Shown: piece after piece, positions 36,484 through 48,000 of the stretch
Position numbering within the stretch: position 1 is the stretch's first letter
Layout: each line of letters starts with the position of its first letter
From: Macrostomum lignano
Lineage: Eukaryota
Length of the DNA: 64,000 nucleotides
Reading direction: 5' to 3'
Assembly: GCA_002269645.1 (NCBI GenBank)
Contig: NIVC01001484.1
Span: 111,531-175,530, forward strand
Made by a program: the position numbers and the translations under genes
Notes under the pieces: model-generated
Databases searched by the model: none
The model's input: the letters and a program-made list of their open reading frames with translations, nothing else
What the model was told of the DNA's origin: nothing

Positions 36484-38582
36484 CTACCCGTCGGAAAAAA
36501 GGCTTTTAAAGAAATTCTTCATATATCGACCCCTTTTAACCCAGTTTATTTTAAAGGCCGATAACGACGAACATACGTTTTCCATAACGATATTGTTCTC
36601 ATTGATCAAGTCCAACAGGTACTCCTTGTAGTGCCGCTCACAGACGCAAACCTTCTTGTAGACTCGATTTTCGCACTGTAGAAAGCCACCGCTACCGGAA
36701 CCTCCATGTTTAAAGTCGATCGCTGAGCATCGCCACTCCTCATCAACGATCTTTCTTCCGCCCCTTTCGGATGAGCTTTTGTTCCGTCTGCGCCTGGCGG
36801 TCTTGTCGAAAGGAATTTTAGACTCTTTCAGTATAAACTGTAGCACGGAAATGCTGACATTCTTAGACTTAAAGAAGCACTGCTTCTCATGGCTAGACAG
36901 CATTATAGAACTTGCGGTGTTGCAGCAAGGACAGAATGAATGCTTGCAGCTGTAGCATGCAATATGATCCGCGGTGGATTTCGAACTCGGAAAAAAACAT
37001 TGGCATTCTGGACAGTAAAATCCTTTCGCGTTTAGCCTTTCATAAGCTGGTTGAGTGGAAGACAGCGTGTCAGAAAATTTACTTATCTTTATAGACAACT
37101 CACGGCAGCATTCGTCTGAAGTTCTTTCAAATTCAGTAATCACAGCTTCACTAACCCAGCTGCAAGTCTCTCCGATCTGCTCAAGCTGCAAGCTCAGAAA
37201 GTTTATGTGAGTAGCAAAGTGCTCCACATCGTCTGGCTTGGGCTGCTGACAGCCAGGACAAGAAAATCGACTCGGGCTGATGTTGGTAGCAGGGTTGAGG
37301 CACTCAAATACAAACTTTCTAAAGCAATCAAAGCACAGTTGACACGAGCACTGAGCCATGCACACTTGGTAGTGACGAGGCTCGGGTTTTTCACATTTCT
37401 GGCATTTGCTGCACAGGTAGGCAAGCATGAACTCGTCTTCGTAAGCGAGATCACCGCCAGACTGAACAGCTTTCACCAAATCGTCTAGCCGAAATCTACA
37501 GAACTTTGGATCCTGGACAAGTCTTAGCAAAAGCTCCTTCTCTGTATCAAGAGCTTTCATGTTGCGAATCTGTTGGAATGTTTCCTGTCTCAGACGATGC
37601 TGGACCTGTGGTTCCTCGCGTACGGCCTGCAGTGGTGGATTATCTGTAGCTGAATCGGGTGAAGGTTCGTGTTTTTGGTCACGAGACTGCTCGTACGAGG
37701 TTTTTGGAGCAGAGCTTAAACTGCTAGATTGGGTCTGTTGTTGCTGCGCATATTGTGGTTGAAGGACATCTTGATTAACTGACTGTCCGTTGGCTTCATG
37801 TTGCCTTGAATAGTTTGTCTGAGACTGCTGCTGTGACATCGGATCAAATCCATTCGAATCTCTCACAGTAGTTGAAGAATACACTGGGCGCTTGTTCTCC
37901 CTTGCCAGTGCGCTGTCCACAGACTGCGGTTGTTTTAAAACAACATCAGGCTGCTGGCATTGCTGCGGAGCTTGAACTGGACGCTGGCTATCAAAAGACA
38001 TTGGCGCCTTCTGAGTAGCAACAGCTCGACGATCAGTTGTTTTGTAACAGACTTCGCAAAGTAGGTGTTGAGTCGAGTCAATAGCTTGTCTCGCAGAACT
38101 GTTCATAAAAGTACAGTGCTCGCACTGCCACTCCACACCACCGCCAATAGCAGCCGGAGCCTCAGCAGCGGTTTGCGCTCGTGCTGCAAGGGTGTCATAT
38201 TGAGCGCCACTGGAGGTTCGCTGCATGGTTGAAGATTGACGTTCCTGCGGCAAACAGGACTTGTGCCGCTGGATAGAACTTTCAGAAGTCTTGGCCCTGT
38301 GCTGGATAATCCGTGTTTGCGGAGGCATGTTATAATGCGAGCTATTTTTGTCATCGTTAACGTCATGAACTCGATGATCTTTCCTATTCGGATGGCCGTG
38401 CCACAGTACGCTGCAGTCTTTGCACAGGCGATTGCGACTGCAGCTGGGCTCTGAGCAGATCCGCTGCACAGGATTGTCGCCGCAGAAGCTGCACATCTCA
38501 ACCTCACGGAGATTTGGCTGCTGGTGCGGCTGCATTGAGGCTGCAGCCGCTTGACTCTGAGCGGACAGACTGTAAGCCATGC
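36484..38582 (-). CDS. HOIP/RNF31 paralog, predicted pseudo-ligase: B-box, NZF, RING1, no IBR, RING2 with Cys->Ala, LDD (intronless)
   Basis: B-box CSFCGDNP..WHGHPNR; NZF WQCEHCTFMN; RING1 PRHYQVCMAQCSCQLCFDCF..CPGC; RING2-like CPEC-x10-ADHIACYSC..FCPCC..HEKQC; LDD CERHYKEYLLDLIN. The ORF-track start at 38625 lies in an upstream repeat; the real start (38582 or later) is uncertain. Confidence 0.85.
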
Positions 38583-38627
38583 ACAGATGAGAGACAAAAA
38601 TTATCTGCCAGGTGAAATGTCCCATTC

Positions 38628-39012
38628 AAAAGGAATCTACCAGGTGAAATATCCCATTCAAAATGAATCTACCAGGTGAAATATCCATTCCAAAGGAATC
38701 TACCAGGTGAAATATCCCATTCAAAATGAATCTACCAGGTGAAATATCCATTCCAAATGAATCTACCAGGTGAAATATCCCATTTAAAATGAATCTACCA
38801 GGTGAAATATCCATTCCAAATGAATCTACCAGGTGAAATATCCCATTTAAAAGGAATCTACCAGGTGAAATGTCCCATTGAAAGGAACCTACCAGGTGAA
38901 ATGTCATATTCAAAAGGAATCTACCTGGTGAAATGTCTTAGTTAAAAGGAATCTACCAGATGAAATGTCTCTTTCTGAAGGAACCTCCAGGTGAAATGCT
39001 CCATTCAAAAGG
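38628..39012. repeat. 31/32-bp minisatellite (CCAGGTGAAATATCCCATTCAAAAGGAATCTA)
   Basis: Tandem units directly upstream of the pseudo-ligase. Confidence 0.93.
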
Positions 39013-39715
39013 AATCTATCGAACATGCCCTAAATATGATATTTGATATAGCTAGGATCTATAAGTTCTAAATAACCATATAGCATGCAATGAATTTAAA
39101 GGCGTTTAAAGGCAATTTAAAGTCGAAACTGACTAAATGAAAGCGTCAGATTAGTCTGGAGTAACAAAAATACATATATTAATAATAAAACAGAAAATAT
39201 GTAGGCAGAGACAATTCTTTACCGCAATAATTCAAGGAACTCCATACTTTGTATTTATGAAAGATAATTGAAGTCTCTGATGGAAAATAAATTCAATGTA
39301 GTACATATTACAAAGCGATCAATCACGAAAGAGTAAATTCAAGTGTTAATTGATTTTATAACAGTTGAAGACTTTGAAAAAATATGATTCAAAAATTTGT
39401 TTTATGAAGCGAGTTTTCGAAATGACTCTGAATAAGCCAGCTAGCTGGGTCCTGTCGCATGTGGCGCTGTAGATCAGAGGAATATGCGTTATATATTTAT
39501 AACGAAAGTGCATTCTGGTCAATAAAATGGAGATATTCAAATAATTAGACAAAATCAGGATTAGATACAATGAGTAGCAGCATTTATTAGACTCGTGAAA
39601 CTATTCATCGAGATATGGAAGGATGAGTAGAATAATATGGGAATGTTCAAGAATTGCGCTTGTATGCATCTCATTGGTTTTTGTAACTTTTCGTAGAGAG
39701 GCTGTTCGTATATAT

Positions 39716-42700
39716 TAGTGGCTGTTCGTGAATACTAGTGGCTTTTTCTGGTTACTAGTGGCTTTTTCTGGTTACTAGTGGCTTTTCGTGGATACTAGTG
39801 GCTATTTCTGGTTACTAGTGGCTATTTCTGGATACTAGTGGCTATTTCTGGTTACTAGTGGCTTTTCGTGGATACTAGTGGCTATTTCTGGTTACTAGTG
39901 GCTTTTTCTGGTTACTAGTGGCTTTTCGTGGATACTAGTGGCTATTTCTGGTTACTAGTGGCTTTTCGTGGATACTAGTGGCTATTTCTGGTTACTAGTG
40001 GCTATTTCTGGTTACTAGTGGCTATTCGTGGATACTAGTGGCTATTTCTGGATACTAGTGGCTGGTCGTGGATACTAGCGGCTTTTCGTGGATACTAGTG
40101 GCTATTCGTGCATACTAGTGGCTGGTCGTGGATACTAGTGGCTGGTCGTGGATACTAGTGGCTGTTCGGGGATACTAGTGGCTATTTCTGGTTACTAGTG
40201 GCTGTTCGTGGATACTAGTGGCTGGTCGTGGATACTAGTGGCTGTTCGTGGATACTAGTGGCTGTTCGTGGATACTAGCGGCTTTTCGTGGATACTAGTG
40301 GCTATTCGTGCATACTAGTGGCTGGTCGTGGATACTAGTGGCTGTTCGTGGATACTAGTGGCTGTTCGTGGATACTAGTGGCTGTTCGGGGATACTAGTG
40401 GCTATTTCTGGTTACTAGTGGCTGTTCGTGGATACTAGTGGCTGTTCGTGGATACTAGTGGCTATTCGTGGATACTAGTGGCTGTTCGTGGATACTAGTG
40501 GCTATTCGTGGATACTAGTGGCTATTCGTGGATACTAGTGGCTGGTCGTGGATACTAGTGGCTGTTCGTGAATACTAGTGGCTGTTCGTGGATACTAGTG
40601 GCTGGTCGTGGATACTAGTGCCTGGTCGTGGATACTAGTGCCTGTTCGTGGATACTAGTGGCTGTTCGTGGATACTAGTGGCTGTTCGTGGATACTAGTG
40701 GCTGTTCGTGGATACTAGTGGCTGGTCGTGGATACTAGTGGCTATTTCTGTTTACTAGTGGCTATTTCTGTTTACTAGTGGCTATTTCTGGTTACTAGTG
40801 GCTTTTCGTGGATACTAGTGGCTATTTCTGGTTACTAGTGGCTATTTCTGGTTACTAGTGGCTATTTCTGTTTACTAGTGGCTATTTCTGGTTACTAGTG
40901 GCTATTTCTGGTTACTAGTGGCTATTTCTGGTTACTAGTGGCTTTTCGTGGATACTAGTGGCTATTTCTGGTTACTAGTGGCTATTTCTGGTTACTAGTG
41001 GCTATTCGTGGATACTAGTGGCTATTCGTGGATACTAGTGGCTGGTCGTGGATACTAGTGGCTGGTTCGTGGATACTAGTGGCTGGTTTGTGGATACTAG
41101 TGGCTGGTCGTGGATACTAGTGGCTATTTCTGGTTACTAGTGGCTATTCGTGGATACTAGTGGCTATTCGTGGATACTAGTGGCTGGTCGTGGATAATGG
41201 TGGCTGGTCGTGGATACTAGTGGCTATTTCTGGTTACTAGTGGCTATTCGTGGATACTAGTGGCTATTCGTGGATACTAGTGGCTATTCGTGGATACTAG
41301 TGGCTGGTCGTGGATAATGGTGGCTATTCGTGGATACTAGTGGCTGGTCGTGGATAATGGTGGCTGTTCGTGGATACTAGTGGCTATTTCTGGTTACTAG
41401 TGGCTATTCGTGGATACTAGTGGCTATTCGTGGATACTAGTGGCTGGTCGTGGATACTAGTGGCGGGTTTGTGGATACTAGTGGCTGGTTCGTGGATACT
41501 AGTGGCTGGTTCGTGGATACTAGTGGCGGGTTTGTGGATACTAGTGGCTGGTCGTGGATACTAGTGGCTATTTCTGGTTACTAGTGGCTATTCGTGGATA
41601 CTAGTGGCTATTCGTGGATACTAGTGGCTGGTCGTGGATAATGGTGGCTGTTCGTGGATACTAGTGGCTATTTCTGGTTACTAGTGGCTATTCGTGGATA
41701 CTAGTGGCTATTCGTGGATACTAGTGGCTGGTCGTGGATACTAGTGGCTGGTTCGTGGATACTAGTGGCGGGTTTGTGGATACTAGTGGCTGGTCGTGGA
41801 TACTAGTGGCTATTTCTGGTTACTAGTGGCTATTCGTGGATACTAGTGGCTATTCGTGGATACTAGTGGCTGGTCGTGGATAATGGTGGCTGGTCGTGGA
41901 TACTAGTGGCTATTTCTGGTTACTAGTGGCTATTCGTGGATACTAGTGGCTATTCGTGGATACTAGTGGCTGGTCGTGGATAATGGTGGCTGTTCGTGGA
42001 TACTAGTGGCTATTTCTGGTTACTAGTGGCTATTCGTGGATACTAGTGGCTATTCGTGGATACTAGTGGCTGGTCGTGGATACTAGTGGCTGGTTCGTGG
42101 ATACTAGTGGCTGGTTTGTGGATACTAGTGGCTGGTCGTGGATACTAGTGGCTATTTCTGGTTACTAGTGGCTATTCGTGGATACTAGTGGCTATTCGTG
42201 GATACTAGTGGCTGGTCGTGGATAATGGTGGCTGGTCGTGGATACTAGTGGCTATTTCTGGTTACTAGTGGCTATTCGTGGAAACTAGTGGCTATTCGTG
42301 GATACTAGTGGCTGGTCGTGGATAATGGTGGCTGTTCGTGGATACTAGTGGCTATTTCTGGTTACTAGTGGCTATTCGTGGATACTAGTGGCTATTCGTG
42401 GATACTAGTGGCTGGTCGTGGATAATGGTGGCTGGTCGTGGATACTAGTGGCTATTTCTGGTTACTAGTGGCTATTCGTGGATACTAGTGGCTATTCGTG
42501 GATACTAGTGGCTGGTCGTGGATAATGGTGGCTGTTCGTGGATACTAGTGGCTATTTCTGGTTACTAGTGGCTATTCGTGGATACTAGTGGCTATTCGTG
42601 GATACTAGTGGCTGGTCGTGGATAATGGTGGCTGGTCGTGGATACTAGTGGCTATTTCTGGTTACTAGTGGCTATTCGTGGATACTAGTGGCTATTCGTG

Positions 42701-44902
42701 GATACTAGTGGCTGGTCGTGGATAATGGTGGCTGGTCGTGGATACTAGTGGCTATTTCTGGTTACTAGTGGCTATTTCTGTTTACTAGTGGCTATTTCTG
42801 GTTACTAGTGGCTATTTCTGGTTACTAGTGGCTATTTCTGGTTACTAGTGGCTTTTCGTGGATACTAGTGGCTATTTCTGGTTACTAGTGGCTATTTCTG
42901 GTTACTAGTGGCTATTCGTGGATACTAGTGGCTATTCGTGGATACTAGTGGCTGGTCGTGGATACTAGTGGCTGGTTCGTGGATACTAGTGGCTGGTTTG
43001 TGGATACTAGTGGCTGGTCGTGGATACTAGTGGCTATTTCTGGTTACTAGTGGCTATTCGTGGATACTAGTGGCTATTCGTGGATACTAGTGGCTGGTCG
43101 TGGATAATGGTGGCTGGTCGTGGATACTAGTGGCTATTTCTGGTTACTAGTGGCTATTCGTGGATACTAGTGGCTATTCGTGGATACTAGTGGCTATTCG
43201 TGGATACTAGTGGCTGGTCGTGGATAATGGTGGCTGTTCGTGGATACTAGTGGCTGGTCGTGGATAATGGTGGCTGTTCGTGGATACTAGTGGCTATTTC
43301 TGGTTACTAGTGGCTATTCGTGGATACTAGTGGCTATTCGTGGATACTAGTGGCTGGTCGTGGATACTAGTGGCGGGTTTGTGGATACTAGTGGCTGGTT
43401 CGTGGATACTAGTGGCTGGTTCGTGGATACTAGTGGCGGGTTTGTGGATACTAGTGGCTGGTCGTGGATACTAGTGGCTATTTCTGGTTACTAGTGGCTA
43501 TTCGTGGATACTAGTGGCTATTCGTGGATACTAGTGGCTGGTCGTGGATAATGGTGGCTGTTCGTGGATACTAGTGGCTATTTCTGGTTACTAGTGGCTA
43601 TTCGTGGATACTAGTGGCTATTCGTGGATACTAGTGGCTGGTCGTGGATACTAGTGGCTGGTTCGTGGATACTAGTGGCGGGTTTGTGGATACTAGTGGC
43701 TGGTCGTGGATACTAGTGGCTATTTCTGGTTACTAGTGGCTATTCGTGGATACTAGTGGCTATTCGTGGATACTAGTGGCTGGTCGTGGATAATGGTGGC
43801 TGGTCGTGGATACTAGTGGCTATTTCTGGTTACTAGTGGCTATTCGTGGATACTAGTGGCTATTCGTGGATACTAGTGGCTGGTCGTGGATAATGGTGGC
43901 TGTTCGTGGATACTAGTGGCTATTTCTGGTTACTAGTGGCTATTCGTGGATACTAGTGGCTATTCGTGGATACTAGTGGCTGGTCGTGGATACTAGTGGC
44001 TGGTTCGTGGATACTAGTGGCTGGTTTGTGGATACTAGTGGCTGGTCGTGGATACTAGTGGCTATTTCTGGTTACTAGTGGCTATTCGTGGATACTAGTG
44101 GCTATTCGTGGATACTAGTGGCTGGTCGTGGATAATGGTGGCTGGTCGTGGATACTAGTGGCTATTTCTGGTTACTAGTGGCTATTCGTGGAAACTAGTG
44201 GCTATTCGTAAATACTAGTGGCTGGTCGTGGATAATGGTGGCTGTTCGTGGATACTAGTGGCTATTTCTGGTTACTAGTGGCTATTCGTGGATACTAGTG
44301 GCTATTCGTGGATACTAGTGGCTGGTCGTGGATAATGGTGGCTGGTCGTGGATACTAGTGGCTATTTCTGGTTACTAGTGGCTATTCGTGGAACTAGTGG
44401 CTATTCGTGGATACTAGTGGCTGGTCGTGGATAATGGTGGCTGTTCGTGGATACTAGTGGCTATTTCTGGTTACTAGTGGCTATTCGTGGATACTAGTGG
44501 CTATTCGTGGATACTAGTGGCTGTTCGTGGATAATGGTGGCTGGTCGTGGATACTAGTGGCTATTTCTGGTTACTAGTGGCTATTCGTGGATACTAGTGG
44601 CTATTCGTGGATACTAGTGGCTGGTCGTGGATAATGGTGGCTGGTCGTGGATACTAGTGGCTATTTCTGGTTACTAGTGGCTATTCGTGGATACTAGTGG
44701 CTATTCGTGGATACTAGTGGCTATTCGTGGATACTAGTGGCTGGTCGTGGATACTAGTGGCTATTTCTGGTTACTAGTGGCTATTCGTGGATATTAGTGG
44801 CTATTCGTGGATACTAGTGGCTATTCGTGGATACTAGTGGCTGGTCGTGGATACTAGTGGCTGTTCGTGGATAATGGTGGCTGGTCGTGGATACTAGTGG
44901 CA
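39716..44902. repeat. 5.2-kb 20-bp minisatellite (GCTATTCGTGGATACTAGTG) with higher-order structure, ~260 units
   Basis: Variant units recur in fixed order; rare-variant landmarks repeat at a 1910-bp offset. Confidence 0.97.
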
Positions 44903-45080
44903 ATCCTTGTTTAATAGTGGCTGCTGTCACGAGTGGAAATTTATGGATGCTAAACGTCAACTTTATCAGAAATGATGAAACGACAACGGACTTTTTAGAA
45001 CGGGGATGATGCACAGAAAAACTGTTGTTAAACAAACTGATAGCAAGTTGCTGTCATAAAAAACGCTGTCGCACCCAGAC

Positions 45081-48000
45081 TTAGAGCGGGCACTGAGCCA
45101 GGATCGCTTTTTTCAGTTCCGCCACGTTGACCTCTTCTGACCCCAAGGCCACCTGGAGACCGTGCCGCCTACACACGGCCACGAGCTCGTCAGACGTCAT
45201 GATCTCAACCGGATCCAGCCGGTTCCTATTGATAAGCGTCACCAGGTACTCTGAGTAGTGCTTGTCGCACAGGTTGGCCCGGCCGGGGTGCACCCGCCTG
45301 CTGCAGGCCTCATCAACCAGGCCGTCGGCTGTCTCCTTCTGCTCCATCACTTTGCACTCGTCGAACTCTTCGTCGTCGGGTACGAAAGAGCGAAATTCGA
45401 CTTTGTGCATGCGAAGCAGCTGCTGTAGCCTGCGAGGCCGATGCGAGTAAACAGGATCGTATAGACTGATTTCTAGTACTGACTACTCATATAAGTAGTC
45501 TAGTTCCAGATTCATGAGTGCTATATAACTCAGTGCATTGCTACAGTTCACCCAGCTGTAAAACGGGTGCCAGCATTAGCTGGGGTAATTGAGGGTGTAT
45601 GGCGACTGAACAGCCGTACGCAGCCTTCAGATGCGCCGCGCAACAATAGCTGCGGCTGAGCTGTCGGTTGCACACCTGGCCCAATTGGGGCCATATAAAC
45701 ATACAATAGATACAATAGGAATTTTTCTCACCTGTCAATATCGAAATCTCTCAGATGGTAGAGGCAGCTACGCGGATGACGGCACGCCAGGCCCTGGCTG
45801 TCCGTATGCTGGAACAGATTGCCGCAGCCCGAGCAGAAATTCGCCCGGCACATTCGGCACACAAAGTGCAGGCAGCCGCCGCCAGCCAAGGCGTACTTGA
45901 AGTGGCAGGCCGGGCACTCGATGCCGTGCTGCTGCAGGTAGAAGGCGACGCCTCTGGTCTGGAACTCCGGATCATTCTCCTGCTTCCAGCGTTCGAAGTC
46001 TTCGCAGCTGAGTCCTTTGTGCTGCTTCTCCCACGGCTTGCGGCACTCCCTGCAGGTGTCCCGGCGGCACCGGGGACAGGTGAACCGGTTCTGGCCGGCC
46101 TCGGCATCCAGCTCGAAGCCGGTGCCGCAGTGGCTGCACCAGACGAAGTCGGGGTTGCGCATCGTCTGCCAGTCGAACAGGCGGTCCTGGGTTGTTCAAG
46201 TGCGGGTTGTGGGTTTCATGTTGAAAATAAATGCACACTACTCGCTACTTAGTAGTACTATAAGCAGTAGCGTTTAGTTTTTCCTGAACATTATTTCGCT
46301 TTTGATCTGTCATCTTCTGCTACTCTGGTTTACTAGTAGCTACTTCTGATTTACTAGTGGCTACTTCTGATTTACTAGCAGCTACTTCTGATTTACTAGT
46401 AGCTATTTTTGATTTACTAGTAGCTACTTCTGATTTACTAGTAGCTATATCTGATTTACTGGTAGCTACTTCTGATTTACTAGTAGCTACTTCTGATTTA
46501 CTAGTAGCTACTTCTGATTTACTAGTAGCTACTTATGATTTACTAGTAGCTACTTCTGATTTACTAGTAGCTACTTCTGATTTACTAGCAGCTACTTCTG
46601 ATTTACTAGTAGCTACTTCTGATTTACTAGTAGCTACTTCTGATTTACTAGTAGCTACTTCTGATTTACTAGTAGCTACTTCTGATTTACTAGTAGCTAC
46701 TCTGATTTACTAGTGGCTACTTCTGATTTACTAGCAGCTACTTCTGATTTACTAGTAGCTATTTTTGATTTACTAGTAGCTACTTCTGATTTACTAGTAG
46801 CTACTTCTGGTTTACTAGTAGCTATTTTTGATTTACTAGTAGCTACTTCTGATTTACTAGTAGCTATATCTGATTTACTGGTAGCTACTTCTGATTTACT
46901 AGTAGCTACTTCTGATTTACTAGTAGCTACTTATGATTTACTAGTAGCTACTTCTGATTTACTAGTAGCTACTTCTGGTTTACTAGTAGCTATATCTGAT
47001 TTACTAGTAGCTACTTCTGATTTACTAGCAACTCTTTAATTAGCAAACTCACCTGCAGACGGTTTACATCATCCGGTTCGAATCGCAAAGCCGGATGCTG
47101 GAAGTGAGCAATCTGAGCCAGCATGTGCTGAAAGTGCAACTGCAATGCCTCAACATCGTTAGCCTTGGGATAGCGGCACACCGGGCAGTTCAGGTGAGTC
47201 ACGTGCATGTCCTTCATATTGGTAGTGACGAAGCCATAGAAGCACTCCTGGCACAGCTCGCAGCCGCAGTTCACCATGGCCAGGAATTGGTGCCGCGGAT
47301 ACTTCTCGGTGCAGATCGGGCACTGCTTGTTCATGTAGCTGCTGACTTCTTCCAGCCAATTCTCCTCATCCAGCATACAGTCTGTGGCCTTAACAGCTTC
47401 CACCAGATCCTCCAACTGATGGTGGCCGAAGTCTTCGTGATTGTGCAGCTTAGTGAGGCGCCTGGCGATGGACTCGCTGCGCAGTCCGTGATCCACCATG
47501 AGGGTGTGCAGCGAGAACTGGCTGCCGTCGAATGCGACGCAAGCAGCAGCGTCCGCATCGGGGCCGTCGCCGGCCAGTGACAGGTCGCCAAGGTAACTGT
47601 CCAGCACTAATCCGTTGAGCTGGTCGAGTGCCTTTTCAAGACTGCCATCGGCTCTGGCCACGGCTGCGTGATGATCGCGGCAGCTCAGGTTCGGGTAGAG
47701 CTGCGCCAACTCCTGCACCGCGCGTTCGCGGCGCCTGGAGCATTGGTCCAGCACCACCGGCAGGCAGTCGGCCTCGGACAGGTGCGGACAGTCGGCCATG
47801 GCTTCGGACACTTCGTGTTGCGAGAAAGCCAGCTCTTCCAGCGCATGCGGCTTCAGGTCCGGCCGATTGGCGAGGTAGCGACGCGTGGCTTCCAAGCGGA
47901 CGCGATCGACTCGGCGGGGCCACTCCTGGCGAACCCAGTCGATCAGTTTGGCATCCGGAATGTCCCGGTCGCCAGCCGCGGCCAAGGCGGCGATAATCAC

